Notes: generated from the letters alone by a model not told the origin. Numbered from the stretch's first letter, positions 1-10,750 are shown. The stretch: DNA of 64,000 nt from Patescibacteria group bacterium (GCA_050953885.1 JBMNNJ010000001.1:271437-335436), one strand, 5' to 3'. Made by a program: numbers and translations.

Positions 1-336
1 GGCTATGAAGTTGTTTTCACTCCCAAGAATTTAGAAAGGGTGGGGAAGATTTTGTTTATTAAAAAAGGCTGTCGGTTAAGCCTTCAATATCATGATCAGA
101 AAGAAGAAACGCTCTGTTTATTTCAGGGAAAAGCCAAAATCTGGCTGGAGGATGAAAAAGGCCAAATAAAACCCCTTTACATGAAGCCGCAAATGGGCTA
201 CACTGTTTTGAAGGGTCAAAAACACCGCCTGGAAGCCTTGGAGGATAGTTTTATTTTTGAGGTTTCCTCGCCGGAAAGAGGCACTACTTATCGGCTGGAA
301 GACGATTACCAAAGAGGAACGGAAAAAATAAAATAA
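1..336 (+). CDS. Cupin-domain protein (mannose-6-phosphate isomerase-like), 5' end outside window
   Basis: Frame open from base 1 (GYEVVFTPKNLERVGKILF); cupin motifs RLSLQYH..K.ET and HRLEALED..FEVSSP. Confidence 0.75.
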   Translation, partial: GYEVVFTPKNLERVGKILFIKKGCRLSLQYHDQKEETLCLFQGKAKIWLEDEKGQIKPLYMKPQMGYTVLKGQKHRLEALEDSFIFEVSSPERGTTYRLEDDYQRGTEKIK

Positions 337-406
337 AGAAATTAAAAAAGTAGAAATTCGCTCGCCATGCTCGCTGAAATTAAGAAATTAGAAATTAATT
401 TAAACC

Positions 407-478
407 GTCATTCTGACGAAAGTCAGGATCTGCGTTTTTCAGACATCAATAACGATTCTGAATCAAGTTCAGAATGAC
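407..478. repeat. GTCAT-type inverted hairpin repeat pair
   Basis: gtcattctgacgaaagtcaggatc ... gattctgaatcaagttcagaatgac; family recurs at ~7949-8032, 11571-11695, 12420-12682, 25467-25520, 35320, 35682. Confidence 0.85.
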
Positions 479-558
479 GCTGATCGTGACTGCTATTCTG
501 ACGAATCCGCCAGCGGGCGGATGGACTTTTGAATTTTGAATTTTGAATTTTTTAAGCC

Positions 559-2850
559 GTGCCTTTAGAAAATCATTCTCCCTACGTTCTCTGGTTTAAC
601 GAAGTTGACAAAGAAGATATTCCCTTGGTGGGCGATAAGGGCGCTAACTTGGGCGAGATGACCAAAATTGGCGCCGCCGTGCCCGACGGTTTTATTGTCA
701 CCACCACCGCCTACTTTTACTTCTTAAAAGAAAACAACTTGGAGGAAAAAATCCGCGTTCTGCTGCGACAAGTTAATCCCTCCAAACCGGAAAGCTATCA
801 GGAAGTGGCGGAAAAAATCCAACGGTTAATTATCAACTCGCCCATGCCCAAAGATTTGGCCTTACAAATTATGAAGGCTTATCTTAAATTGGGCAAGGGT
901 ATTCAAGAACCGTTGGTGGCGGTACGCTCCTCGGCCACGGCTGGGGACTTGCAACGGACTTTTCTTAACATTAAGGGCGAGGCCAACGTGGTTAATAGCG
1001 TTCATCGTTGCTGGGCGTCACTTTTTGAAGGCCGGGGAATTTTTTATCGCGAAGAGCATGGCTTTGACCATCTTAAGGTGGGCATTGCCGTGCCGGTGCA
1101 AAAAATGGTTCAATCAGACGCCTCGGGAGTGATTTTCACCGCCGACCCCACCGGCCAACGGAAAAATGTTATTTTAATCGAAGCCGTCTGGGGGCTGGGC
1201 GAGCTAATTGTTCAGGGCGAGATTATCCCCGATCTTTACGTGGTTGATTTTAAAACGCTTAAAATTTTAGAAAAGGAAATTCATCCTCAAAGAATTCAAC
1301 TCATTAAAAAGGGCGAAAAAACGTTAAAAACTTTGGTTCCCAAAAGCAAAATTAAAAAACCAAAGCTTACTAACAGCGAGGTGAAAAAATTGGCCAAAAT
1401 GGCCAAAAAAATCCACGAACATTATTTCTTCCCGCAGGATTTAGAATGGGCCCGGGAAAAGGGCAAGTTTTATATTGTCCAAACAAGGCCGATCACAACG
1501 ATAAACAAATCTTCTAAAAAACAAACTTCCCACCTTATTAAGCCCCAAACCTCAAACCTCAAACCATTTTTAACCGGTATCCCCGCCAGCCCCGGGTTAG
1601 GCATTGGTCCGGTGGAAAAAGTTAAATCAGCCAAAGAAATTAATAAAGTAAAAAAGGGCGATATTCTGGTAACGCCGATGACTTCTCCTGATTTTGTGCC
1701 GGCGATGAAACTGGCGGCGGCGATTGTTACCGATCAGGGGGGAATTACCTCCCATGCGGCGATTGTCTCCCGGGAGTTGGGTATTCCTTGTGTGGTGGGC
1801 ACCAAAAATGCCACCCGCAAGCTAAAAGATAATCAGCTTATTATCGTTGATGGCCACGAAGGTAAGGTTTACCCCGCCAAAAAAACCGATTTGGAAGTTT
1901 TTGCCAAAGCAGAGACTGCCAAAACATTGGCGCTTGAGGAAGATAATGGTCCTAAAATTAAAACCGCCACCAAGCTTTATGTTAATTTGGGCGAGCCGGA
2001 TTTAGCCGAGGAAATTGCCCGCAAAAATGTTGACGGCGTCGGCCTTTTACGAGCCGAATTTATGTTTGCTCAAATTGGCACCCATCCCCGCCTTTTAATT
2101 GAGCAAAAGAGAGGAAAAGAGCTGGTAGAAAAACTGTCGGCAGGAATAGAAAAATTCTGCCAGGCTTTTTATCCCCGGCCGGTGGTTTATCGCACCAATG
2201 ATTTTAAAACCAATGAATATCGCCATCTTAAGGGCGGGGAGAAATTTGAGGAGGAAGAAGAAAATCCGCTTTTGGGTTTTCGCGGCGCCAACCGCTATCT
2301 TTCCGACGAGGCAGTTTTTAAACTTGAAGCAGAAGCGATTAAAACCGTTCGTAATAAAAAAGGTTTAAAAAATCTCTGGGTGATGCTTCCTTTTGTACGC
2401 ACTCCCGGGGAACTGCGGGAAACCAAAAAACTTTTGGCCAGTTTTGGCTTAATCCGCAGCCCAAGTTTTAAGCTTTGGCTGATGGTGGAAATTCCCAGCA
2501 ATGTTATTTTATTGGAAGATTTTATTAAGATGGGTATTGACGGCGTTTCCGTAGGCACCAACGACCTAACGATGCTCCTTTTGGGTATTGACCGTGACAA
2601 CCCCCACGTCGCTCATCTTTATGATGAAGAAGACCCGACGGTTTTATGGGCTTTGGAAAAAATCATCAAAACCTGCCAAAAAAATAAAATTACTTCCTCT
2701 ATTTGCGGCCAAGCGCCATCCGACAGCCTTTCTTTAGTAAAAAAGCTTGTCCGTTGGGGAATTACCAGCATCTCCGTTAACCCCGACGCTATTGGTAAAG
2801 TGCGCCAGACCATTGCCGAAGCGGAGAAAGAGGTCGTGGGGAAGAAATAA
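559..2850 (+). CDS. ppsA: Phosphoenolpyruvate synthase with an internal deletion in the ATP-binding motif
   Basis: KGANLGEM, AVRSSAT, phospho-His motif GGITSHAAIVSRE, GVGLLRAEF, ICGQAPS. Confidence 0.93.
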   Translation: MPLENHSPYVLWFNEVDKEDIPLVGDKGANLGEMTKIGAAVPDGFIVTTTAYFYFLKENNLEEKIRVLLRQVNPSKPESYQEVAEKIQRLIINSPMPKDLALQIMKAYLKLGKGIQEPLVAVRSSATAGDLQRTFLNIKGEANVVNSVHRCWASLFEGRGIFYREEHGFDHLKVGIAVPVQKMVQSDASGVIFTADPTGQRKNVILIEAVWGLGELIVQGEIIPDLYVVDFKTLKILEKEIHPQRIQLIKKGEKTLKTLVPKSKIKKPKLTNSEVKKLAKMAKKIHEHYFFPQDLEWAREKGKFYIVQTRPITTINKSSKKQTSHLIKPQTSNLKPFLTGIPASPGLGIGPVEKVKSAKEINKVKKGDILVTPMTSPDFVPAMKLAAAIVTDQGGITSHAAIVSRELGIPCVVGTKNATRKLKDNQLIIVDGHEGKVYPAKKTDLEVFAKAETAKTLALEEDNGPKIKTATKLYVNLGEPDLAEEIARKNVDGVGLLRAEFMFAQIGTHPRLLIEQKRGKELVEKLSAGIEKFCQAFYPRPVVYRTNDFKTNEYRHLKGGEKFEEEEENPLLGFRGANRYLSDEAVFKLEAEAIKTVRNKKGLKNLWVMLPFVRTPGELRETKKLLASFGLIRSPSFKLWLMVEIPSNVILLEDFIKMGIDGVSVGTNDLTMLLLGIDRDNPHVAHLYDEEDPTVLWALEKIIKTCQKNKITSSICGQAPSDSLSLVKKLVRWGITSISVNPDAIGKVRQTIAEAEKEVVGKK

Positions 2851-2859
2851 AATTCAAAG

Positions 2860-3030
2860 ACAATAAATAAACTCAATAAACTCAAATGTTAAATCGCAAA
2901 ACTCAAAACTACAACTCAAAACTTAAATCTAAAAAAAACAACTTTAAGCCTCAAAAAGTTTTAACATTTGCCATGTAGACCTGCCTGCCGGCAGGCAGGT
3001 TTGCCATTTGCGTTTTGAGATTTGAGTTTT
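2860..3030 (+). mobile_element. ~140-bp MITE-like element, copy 1, interrupted by a 22-bp palindrome at 2979-3000
   Basis: Core aaaaaacaactttaag..aaaaagttttaacatttgccatgtag flanked by ctcaaa/tttgag heptamer arms; near-identical to 46664-46803. Confidence 0.8.
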
Positions 3031-3220
3031 AACTTATCCGCCAGCTGGCGGATCAAAATGCAAAATCAGTAATCCGTAATAGGTAACTCGTAATACGTAA
3101 TTATCAAAGACAGGATTATTCTTTTAATTACGAGTTACTAACCTTTTATATTTTACTTTTTAATTTTAACTTGTACTTTTGAATTTTGAATTTTGACTTT
3201 CTTTAGCAATTTATCTTTTT

Positions 3221-4492
3221 ATGTCTAAAATTAAAAAAGTGGAAGCTCGGGAAATTTTAGATTCCCGCGGCAATCCTACCTTGGAAACCACCATTATTTT
3301 GGATAATAATATCTGGGCAAAAGCCTCGGTTCCCTCAGGGGCTTCTACCGGCGCCAACGAGGCACTTGAACTGCGGGATAACGACCCCAAACGCTATTTG
3401 GGTAAGGGGGTGCTTAAAGCTGTTTATAACGTAGAAAATGAAATTGGCCCAAAAATTATCGGCCTTGATCCTTATGAGCAGGAAAAAATTGACAAGGTAA
3501 TGATTGAAGCCGACGGCACGAAAAACAAGAAGAATTTAGGCGCCAACAGCATTCTTTCCTGCTCCATTGCCGTTTTGAAAGCCGCCGCCCAAAACGAAAA
3601 TCAGCACCTCTTTGAATATTGCCGCCGAAAAGCCCAGGAGGCCGGCCTAAAGCTTCCCGAAGAAGAGAAAATTCCCATCCCGGTTTTAAACTTAATTAAC
3701 GGCGGCAAGCATGGGGCCGGCAACTTGGAATTTCAGGAGTTTCACATCATTCCTTGGGGAATTAAAGAATACCACGAACAACTGCGGGCGGCTACCGAGG
3801 TTTACCACCAAGTTGAGGCAATTCTTGAAGAAAATCAGGCGATCCATTCGGTGGGTGATGAAGGCGGTTTTGCCCCCAATTTATTTACCAATCTGGACGC
3901 CATTGAGGTGGTTGTGCGCGCCATTAATAAAGCCGGCTATCTTCTCCATAAAGATATTTATTTAGGCCTTGACGTGGCCGCTGATTTTTTTTATAAAAAT
4001 AACCGCTACAAAATTCGCGACCGCAGCGCTCCGATGGAGGCCAGCGCTCTTATTGATTACTACCGCGACTTAAGAAACCAATACCCCCTGCTTCTTTTGG
4101 AAGACCCCCTTTATGAAGAAGATTTTAAAGGATGGGCCCAGCTGGCGGCCAGTTTTGCTAACGATCAGACTATTTTAGTCGGCGACGATCTTTTGTGCAC
4201 CAATATCGAACGGGTGGAAAAAGCGATCAGCGAAAAAAGCTGCAACGCAGTTTTAGTTAAACCCAATCAAGTAGGCACCATCAGCGAAACTTTTGAAGTA
4301 ATAAAGCGCAGTCGCGAAGCTGACTGGCAGGTAGTGGTTTCCCATCGTTCGGGGGAGACTAACGATACTTTTATCGCCGATTTTGCCGTGGGCGTGGGGG
4401 CTGATTTTGCCAAATTAGGCGCCCCGGCGCGGGGAGAGCGGGTGGCCAAATACAACCGGCTTTTGGAAATTGAGGAGATAATAACTCGCTAA
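3221..4492 (+). CDS. eno: Enolase
   Basis: REILDSRGNPT, VPSGASTG, GDEGGFAP, SHRSGET, RVAKYNRLL. Confidence 0.98.
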   Translation: MSKIKKVEAREILDSRGNPTLETTIILDNNIWAKASVPSGASTGANEALELRDNDPKRYLGKGVLKAVYNVENEIGPKIIGLDPYEQEKIDKVMIEADGTKNKKNLGANSILSCSIAVLKAAAQNENQHLFEYCRRKAQEAGLKLPEEEKIPIPVLNLINGGKHGAGNLEFQEFHIIPWGIKEYHEQLRAATEVYHQVEAILEENQAIHSVGDEGGFAPNLFTNLDAIEVVVRAINKAGYLLHKDIYLGLDVAADFFYKNNRYKIRDRSAPMEASALIDYYRDLRNQYPLLLLEDPLYEEDFKGWAQLAASFANDQTILVGDDLLCTNIERVEKAISEKSCNAVLVKPNQVGTISETFEVIKRSREADWQVVVSHRSGETNDTFIADFAVGVGADFAKLGAPARGERVAKYNRLLEIEEIITR

Positions 4493-4590
4493 TTCAAAAT
4501 TTAAAAGTTAAAATTCAAAATTGCAAGTCAAAAGTTAAAAGTTTTTTACTTTACTTTTGAATTTTGAATTTTGACTTTTGACTTTTTATC

Positions 4591-6210
4591 ATGCCTTCTC
4601 CCGTTGTTCTTATCATCATGGATGGCTGGGGGCTTTCCCGTCATGAAGAAGGGAATGCGGTTTTGCAAGCCAAAACTCCCAACATTAATAAGCTTTGGGC
4701 TTCTTTTCCCCATACCCAATTAATCGCCTCCGGCGAACCGGTGGGTTTGCCCCAAGGCGAGCCGGGTAATTCGGAAACCGGCCATCTAAATTTAGGCGCC
4801 GGCCGGATTGTTTTTCAGGATTTGGTCCGTATCAATACCAGCATCGCCGACGGCTCATTTTTTAAAAATCCTGCCTTTAAGGAAGCGGCAGAATTTGTTC
4901 GCCAAAACAAAAGCGCCTTGCACATCTTGGGAATGATTGGCGCCGGCGGCACCCATTCCAGCCTTAACCATCTTTTCGCCCTTTTAAACTTTGCCAAGAC
5001 GGAAAAAATTAACCCGGTTTATCTTCATCTTTTTACCGACGGCCGCGATTCTCCTCCCACCGCCGCCCTAAGCATTCTTCCTAAAATTAGGGAGAAAATG
5101 GCGGAAGCAGGAGTGGGCGAAATTGCCACCATTATGGGCCGATTTTGGGCGATGGACCGGGACAACCGCTGGGATCGCACCCAAAAGGCCTACGAAGCCT
5201 TGGTTTTAGGAAAAGGAAAAACCGCCCCCAGCGCGGAAAAAGCAATCGAGCAATCATACCTCGAAAGTAAAACCGATGAATTTATTGAGCCAACGGTAAT
5301 CTTAAAGGGAAAAAAGCCGGTCGCCACTATTAATGATAACGACGCGGTGATCTTTTTTAACTTTCGCATTGACCGGCCGCGGCAATTAACCAAGGCTTTT
5401 GTTTTGCCCGACTTTGAAGAATACCGGCCTAAAAAAGCCTCTTTTGACCCCTACGCAGAACGCTACGGCCAAAAGCTTTACGCACCTATTGAACGAGAAA
5501 AAACTTTCAAACGGGAAAAAGTTTTAAAAAATCTTTATTTTGTCACCATGACCGAATATGAAAAAGGTCTGCCGACCAAAGTGGCTTTTCCCCCTCGCTT
5601 TATTGTTTTCCCCTTGGCCCAAGTTTTAGCGCAAAAAGAAAAGCGTCAGTTTCACCTTGCGGAAACGGAAAAAGAACGCTTCGTCACTTATTACTTTGAC
5701 GGATTTCGGGAAAGGCCCTTTAATTTGGAAAGATGGTATGAAGTTGCTTCGCCGCCGGTAAAAACTTACGACCAAAAACCGGCCATGTCGGCCTACGAGG
5801 TTACCAACGAAGCCCTAAAACAAATTAACCAAAATCATCTTGATTTTATCTTGATTAATTTTGCCAATCCCGACATGGTGGGGCACACCGGCGTTTTGGA
5901 GGCGGGCATCCGTGCCTGCGAGGTAGTTGATGAATGCGTAGGCAAAATTGTCAACCGCATTTTTGTCAACGGCGGCACCGCGGTGATTACCGCCGATCAT
6001 GGCAATGTGGAGGAGATGATTAATCTTGCCACCGGCGAAATTGACACCCAGCATTCTGTTAACCCCGTTCCTTTCATTATCGCCGGCCGGCAATTTTTAG
6101 GCCAACCACACACCCTCCTTCAGGGCATCTTAGCCGATGTGGCGCCCACCGTTTTAAAACTTATGGGGATCACCCCGCCCACGGTGATGACCGGCCGCAG
6201 TTTAATTTAG
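4591..6210 (+). CDS. gpmI: 2,3-BPG-independent phosphoglycerate mutase
   Basis: IMDGWG, GNSETGH, DGRD, NFANPDMVGHTG, TADHGN. Confidence 0.97.
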   Translation: MPSPVVLIIMDGWGLSRHEEGNAVLQAKTPNINKLWASFPHTQLIASGEPVGLPQGEPGNSETGHLNLGAGRIVFQDLVRINTSIADGSFFKNPAFKEAAEFVRQNKSALHILGMIGAGGTHSSLNHLFALLNFAKTEKINPVYLHLFTDGRDSPPTAALSILPKIREKMAEAGVGEIATIMGRFWAMDRDNRWDRTQKAYEALVLGKGKTAPSAEKAIEQSYLESKTDEFIEPTVILKGKKPVATINDNDAVIFFNFRIDRPRQLTKAFVLPDFEEYRPKKASFDPYAERYGQKLYAPIEREKTFKREKVLKNLYFVTMTEYEKGLPTKVAFPPRFIVFPLAQVLAQKEKRQFHLAETEKERFVTYYFDGFRERPFNLERWYEVASPPVKTYDQKPAMSAYEVTNEALKQINQNHLDFILINFANPDMVGHTGVLEAGIRACEVVDECVGKIVNRIFVNGGTAVITADHGNVEEMINLATGEIDTQHSVNPVPFIIAGRQFLGQPHTLLQGILADVAPTVLKLMGITPPTVMTGRSLI

Positions 6211-6906
6211 ACAGAAACAAACAACCACTTCTCCCTTTATTTTTCGGCCGCAAATTTTGGGAAAAACTTCTTCTAAGCTGCCACGAACTACTTCTTCGTG
6301 AACTTTAGTTAATTCCCGGGCAACGGCCACTTGAGGATTGCCCAAAATCTCCTTCATTAAGGAAAGCGTTTTTTCCAAACGATAGGGCGATTCGTAAAAA
6401 ATAAATGTTGACGAAAGGGAAGAAAGGGCAATTTTAGCGCTTTCTGCAAAAATCTTTCGCTTTTTGCCTTCTTTTTTAGGCAAAAACCCCAAAAAGAAAA
6501 ATTTATCCGGCGGCAAGCCGGAAAGAATTAAGGCGGTTATCGCCGCGCAGGGGCCGGGGATAGCCGTTATTTCTACCCCCTCCCTGATGGCTTCCCGCAC
6601 CAAAAAAAATCCCGGATCAGAAATAAGCGGGGTGCCGGCGCTGGAGACAAGAGCAATTTTTTGACCTTCCTTCAAACGTCTGATAATTTCCGGCGTTTTT
6701 CTTCTTTCGTTTTCTTCATAAAAAGCCAAAAGAGGCGGAAAGGGCTTTTTTTTGTCCCCAAAAGACTGAAGGAAATAACCGGTACGACGTGTATCTTCGC
6801 AAAGAATTAAATCCGCCTCAAGAAGCGTTTTTTGCGCCCGAGCGCTTAAATCTTCCCTATTGCCGATGGGGGTGGAAACAAGATATAATGGCACAGTAGA
6901 AATCAA
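6202..6906 (-). CDS. rsmI: 16S rRNA C1402 2'-O-methyltransferase
   Basis: LYLVSTPIGN, CEDTR, AGTPLISDPG, FYESPYR, RELTKVHEE. Confidence 0.95.
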   Translation of the reverse strand: MISTVPLYLVSTPIGNREDLSARAQKTLLEADLILCEDTRRTGYFLQSFGDKKKPFPPLLAFYEENERRKTPEIIRRLKEGQKIALVSSAGTPLISDPGFFLVREAIREGVEITAIPGPCAAITALILSGLPPDKFFFLGFLPKKEGKKRKIFAESAKIALSSLSSTFIFYESPYRLEKTLSLMKEILGNPQVAVARELTKVHEEVVRGSLEEVFPKICGRKIKGEVVVCFCLN

Positions 6907-6954
6907 CTGCTAAAAGACGCGAATTAACGCAAATGAGAAACGAATGGACACGAA

Positions 6955-7118
6955 AAATAAACGCAAATATTAAATCGCAATCCGCCAGCTGGCGGATCAA
7001 AACGCAAATGGCAAAACTACATGGCAAATGTTAAAACTTTTTAAAACTTAAAGTTGTTTTTTTTAGTTTTGAGTTTTAACATGTAGTTTTGAGTTTTGCG
7101 ATTTGAGATTTGCGATTA
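6955..7118 (-). mobile_element. ~140-bp MITE-like element, copy 2 (reverse), carrying the 18-bp palindrome atccgccagctggcggat at 6980-6997
   Basis: ctacatggcaaatgttaaaactttttaaaacttaaagttgttttt is the reverse complement of the core. Confidence 0.8.
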
Positions 7119-7131
7119 TTTTTATTATATC

Positions 7132-7794
7132 GTGTTTTCTTTTATTGACCAAATCCTTAACTGGCTGATTGGCGCTATCGGTGATCAGGGGCCGCTGGCA
7201 ATTTTTTTGGGCGGTTTAATTGAGCAGGTCATTATCCCCCTCCCGTCACCTTTAATTGCCATGGCCGGCGGTTTCTTGCTTATTCCCCAAGAGCTTGCCT
7301 TCCTTCAGGTTTGCCAAGAAGTTTTTTTAAAAATCACCCTGCCTTATACCTTAGCCGCTATTTTGGGCTTGGGAATTGTTTATTTTATCGCCTATTTCGG
7401 GGGCAAACCTTTAATTGACAAATTCAGCCGCTGGCTGGGCTTTTCCTGGCAGGAGATTGAGAATTTACAAAAAAAATTTTCCGGCAGTCGTAAAGATGAG
7501 CTTTTAATTATTGCCTTGCGCGCCATTCCCGTTATTCCTATTTCCGTTATCTCCGGCGTTTGCGGCGTTATTCGTTTCTCTATTCCCCGATTTTATCTTG
7601 CCTCGTTTATCGGCATTTTAATCCGCAGTTTTATTTTGGGGCTTATCGGTTGGCAAACCGGCGAGGCTTATCAGGCCATTGCCTCCGGCTTAGACAAAGC
7701 GGAAAGTATCATAACTATCGCTATTTTTGCCATCATTATTGCCCTTCTTTTTTGGGGCTATAAGAAAAGAGAACGGTTTTTGAAGAAAAAATGA
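7132..7794 (+). CDS. DedA/VTT family membrane protein
   Basis: EQVIIPLPS, YFIAYFGG, LRAIPVIP; start moved to GTG 7132 because the upstream frame lies in the repeat. Confidence 0.85.
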   Translation: MFSFIDQILNWLIGAIGDQGPLAIFLGGLIEQVIIPLPSPLIAMAGGFLLIPQELAFLQVCQEVFLKITLPYTLAAILGLGIVYFIAYFGGKPLIDKFSRWLGFSWQEIENLQKKFSGSRKDELLIIALRAIPVIPISVISGVCGVIRFSIPRFYLASFIGILIRSFILGLIGWQTGEAYQAIASGLDKAESIITIAIFAIIIALLFWGYKKRERFLKKK

Positions 7795-8108
7795 TAAAAA
7801 GACAAGAGCGCTAAGTGTATCATGAAAAATTCAAAGTCCAAAAGGCAAAATCATGCTTGAAATGCGTGAAATGCGTGAAACGCTTGAGACGTCAACCAAA
7901 CATCACCCGCTTCAAACTTTAAACATTTCAAGCCTCAAACTTTAAGGCAGATCCTGATTTTCATCAGGATGACACTTTCGTCAGAGCCTGTCCTGAATTT
8001 AATTCAGGAATGACGGTTGCGTCAAAATGACGGTTTAAATTAATTTCTAATTTCTTAATTTCAGCGAACAGAAGCAAGCGAATTTCTCTTAATTTCCGTC
8101 TTGCGCTT

Positions 8109-8738
8109 TCATTCTCCCTCAAACCGGCGGATAACCCCGGTTACCCTTCCTTTAATTTGCACATTACGGACAAAAATTGGTTTATAAGCGCGATTGGCCG
8201 GTTCAAGCTTTACCCGTGTTTTTTGCCTAAAAAAGCGCTTAATTGTCGCCATGCCATCGTCCAAAACCGCCACCACAATGTCGCCATCACGGGCTTCATT
8301 CTGCTCCTCCACCACCACAAAATCGCCGTCTAAAATTCCCTCATCAATCATCGAATTGCCTTTCACCTGAAGCACAAAAGTTCGTTTCCGGCCGGAGGCA
8401 AAAGAAGCGGGAATACTGGTGGTGGCATTGGGGTCAGGATAGGCCTCAATGGGGGCGCCGGCGGCAACAAAGCCTAAAATCGGCACTTCTACTTGATTAT
8501 CAAAAGGCACGCTCATTAAATCTTTATCCAAAATTTCAATTCCCCGCACCTTGCCCTGATAACGCCGCAAAACTCCTTTTTCCTCCAAGCGCCCTAAATG
8601 TTCATGGACGGTGGCCAGCGAGGAAACACCAATAGCTTCGGCAATCTGTTGCAGGGTAGGGGAGTGGCCAAACTTTTGGATATACTGGTTAATAAAATCC
8701 AAAATCTGGCGCTGACGTTTATATAAAGTTACCGGCAT
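8109..8738 (-). CDS. lexA: LexA repressor
   Basis: wHTH (SPTLQQIAEAIGVSSLATVHEHL), Ala-Gly cleavage site VAAG, Ser in GNSM, Lys in ATIKR. Confidence 0.95.
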   Translation of the reverse strand: MPVTLYKRQRQILDFINQYIQKFGHSPTLQQIAEAIGVSSLATVHEHLGRLEEKGVLRRYQGKVRGIEILDKDLMSVPFDNQVEVPILGFVAAGAPIEAYPDPNATTSIPASFASGRKRTFVLQVKGNSMIDEGILDGDFVVVEEQNEARDGDIVVAVLDDGMATIKRFFRQKTRVKLEPANRAYKPIFVRNVQIKGRVTGVIRRFEGE

Positions 8739-8745
8739 TAAAATC

Positions 8746-8774
8746 ATGCTACCAAAGAAAACCCAAAAAGTCAA
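8746..8774 (-). promoter_or_regulatory. sigma70-type promoter of lexA, probably giving a leaderless mRNA
   Basis: Minus strand TTGACT-N17-TAGCAT, then 7 nt to ATG. Confidence 0.6.
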
Positions 8775-8991
8775 GAGAAAAAACCGGCGAATTGCTTATT
8801 TTTCTACCCAAAAAATATCTAAATATCTAATCGTTTATTAAAACTTTCCCCGCTTTCAAAAACTAAATTGCTATGTAGTAATTTAGTCGGGCGGGCAATT
8901 TGTTAAGCAAATATTTTAAGGAAAAAGCTGTTAAAATCAATTAAGAAAACGGCTTCGTCTTGTTTGGTTGATTTTTAATTATTTATTAAAG

Positions 8992-9513
8992 ATGGTCTCG
9001 GAAATAATCGTCATCAAAGGCATAAGAGTAAAAATAAGCTGGTTTCCCCGCGGGAAGAAAATCCCCCCTCGAGTAACTCAAGTAAGCGGGTATTGCTTTA
9101 ATAAAAAAGGGGAGGTTTTAATCGTCAAAAATAAAAATGGTCATTGGAATTTCCCCGGCGGTCATCCGGAAAAAAAAGAAACGCCAGTCGAAACTTTGAA
9201 AAGAGAAATTTGGGAAGAAGCGAAAGTTGAAATTAAAGAAGAGTGTTTGATTGGCTATCAGAAAATTGAGTGCCTGCAAAAACCTTATCTTAAAGAAGGG
9301 AAAACCCATCACCAATTACGATATATTTGCTTGGTTAAAAAAATCAGTAAATTCACCGCTGACTTTGAAACCAGAGAACGAAAATTCGTCAAGCAAGATC
9401 ATTTAGATAAATTTATCCCTTGGGTAAAAGGAAAAACTGCCCAAGCGCAAGTTAATCTCCTAAATAATTTTTACAAACAAAATTTCACCTTAAAAAAGCA
9501 TCGTTCCCTATAG
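8992..9513 (+). CDS. NUDIX hydrolase
   Basis: Nudix box GGHPEKKETPVETLKREIWEEA. Confidence 0.88.
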   Translation: MVSEIIVIKGIRVKISWFPRGKKIPPRVTQVSGYCFNKKGEVLIVKNKNGHWNFPGGHPEKKETPVETLKREIWEEAKVEIKEECLIGYQKIECLQKPYLKEGKTHHQLRYICLVKKISKFTADFETRERKFVKQDHLDKFIPWVKGKTAQAQVNLLNNFYKQNFTLKKHRSL

Positions 9514-9655
9514 CTTAGGCGAAGAAAAAGAACACGCCGCGATGTTAACCAGCTCTCCAAGAGAAAATGAGTCCGCCCCCAACAAAAGGCAACACTTGAC
9601 GATAAACTTTACAAAAAGCTTTACAATTCTTTAGTTTGGTTCTATACTAATGATA

Positions 9656-10684
9656 ATGTTTAAACCTAAGTTTGAATTAACGCCAAAACTGCTTGGCAAT
9701 ATAACTAAAATAGAAAGATTATACGGCCAAATAGAGGGCCTAAAAATTCCTCAAAAATTAGAGCTTAATTTACATCGGGATAACCTCATCCAATCTTCTT
9801 ATGCTTCCAATAGTATTGAGGGGAATCCCTTGTCTTTGCGAGAAGTAACCAACCTGCTTCTGGGGGAAAGAGTTCCGGTTAACCGGGAAGAAAAAGAAGT
9901 GAAGAACTATTTTGACATTTTGCAAAATTTAAAAAATTATACCAAGAAAGAACTTGATTTACCTCTAATTATGGCTGTTCATCAACAGCTAATGAAAGGC
10001 GTAAAAGACGAAATTGCCGGCAAAATTAGAAACAAAAGAGTGGTCGTAGGAAAATATGCCCATAACGGAAAAGAGGGGGGCTTTTCCTTAGAAGTTAAAC
10101 ATGAGCCTCCTTTTCACCAGTCAAGGCAAATCATTAAAGCACTAGAAGAATTAATATCTTGGCTTAACCGTAATAAACAATTACCGGTAGTAATACAAGC
10201 AGGCATTTTTCACCACCATTTTGTTTATCTTCATCCTTTTATTGATGGTAATGGCCGAACGGCCCGCCTTTTAACGGCCTTAATTTTCCTGAAAAATAAT
10301 TACCAAATTAATAAATATTTTGTTTTAGACGATTATTATGATATTGACAAAATTTTGTATTCCGACAAGTTGCATCGCGCCGATTTGGGCGATAAAACCG
10401 AATGGCTGGAATACTTTTCCGACGGTGTTTTATATTCTCTCCAAGGAGCTTTAGTAAAAATAGAAGAAGCATTATTTAAATTAAGAGTCGAAGAAAAACC
10501 CACCCCAAAAGAAAAAGAGGTTTTGGTTCTTGTTCAAGAAAGAGAAGAAATAACCTCCCAAGAATTGGCGACAATTTTAAAAATTTCCCGCCAACAAGCT
10601 CACAATTTACTTAGTTCTTTGGTAAAAAAAGACTTCTTGAGAAAAAGAGGAACAACAAAAGGAAGTTATTATCTTTTAAAGTAG
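9656..10684 (+). CDS. Fic family protein with C-terminal winged HTH
   Basis: SNSIEGN, canonical HPFIDGNGRTAR; upstream TTTACA-N17-TATACT favours ATG 9656. Confidence 0.92.
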   Translation: MFKPKFELTPKLLGNITKIERLYGQIEGLKIPQKLELNLHRDNLIQSSYASNSIEGNPLSLREVTNLLLGERVPVNREEKEVKNYFDILQNLKNYTKKELDLPLIMAVHQQLMKGVKDEIAGKIRNKRVVVGKYAHNGKEGGFSLEVKHEPPFHQSRQIIKALEELISWLNRNKQLPVVIQAGIFHHHFVYLHPFIDGNGRTARLLTALIFLKNNYQINKYFVLDDYYDIDKILYSDKLHRADLGDKTEWLEYFSDGVLYSLQGALVKIEEALFKLRVEEKPTPKEKEVLVLVQEREEITSQELATILKISRQQAHNLLSSLVKKDFLRKRGTTKGSYYLLK

Positions 10685-10750
10685 AAAGAAACTCTCCTTC
10701 CTCTTTAATAGCATGATTCATTGATAATTAATTTAGGTAAGAAAAATAAT

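Noticed and set aside
8740-8830. LexA operator shared by repair genes
   Set aside because: No convincing common motif could be found by eye upstream of lexA, uvrA, uvrB and rarA; motif discovery is needed.
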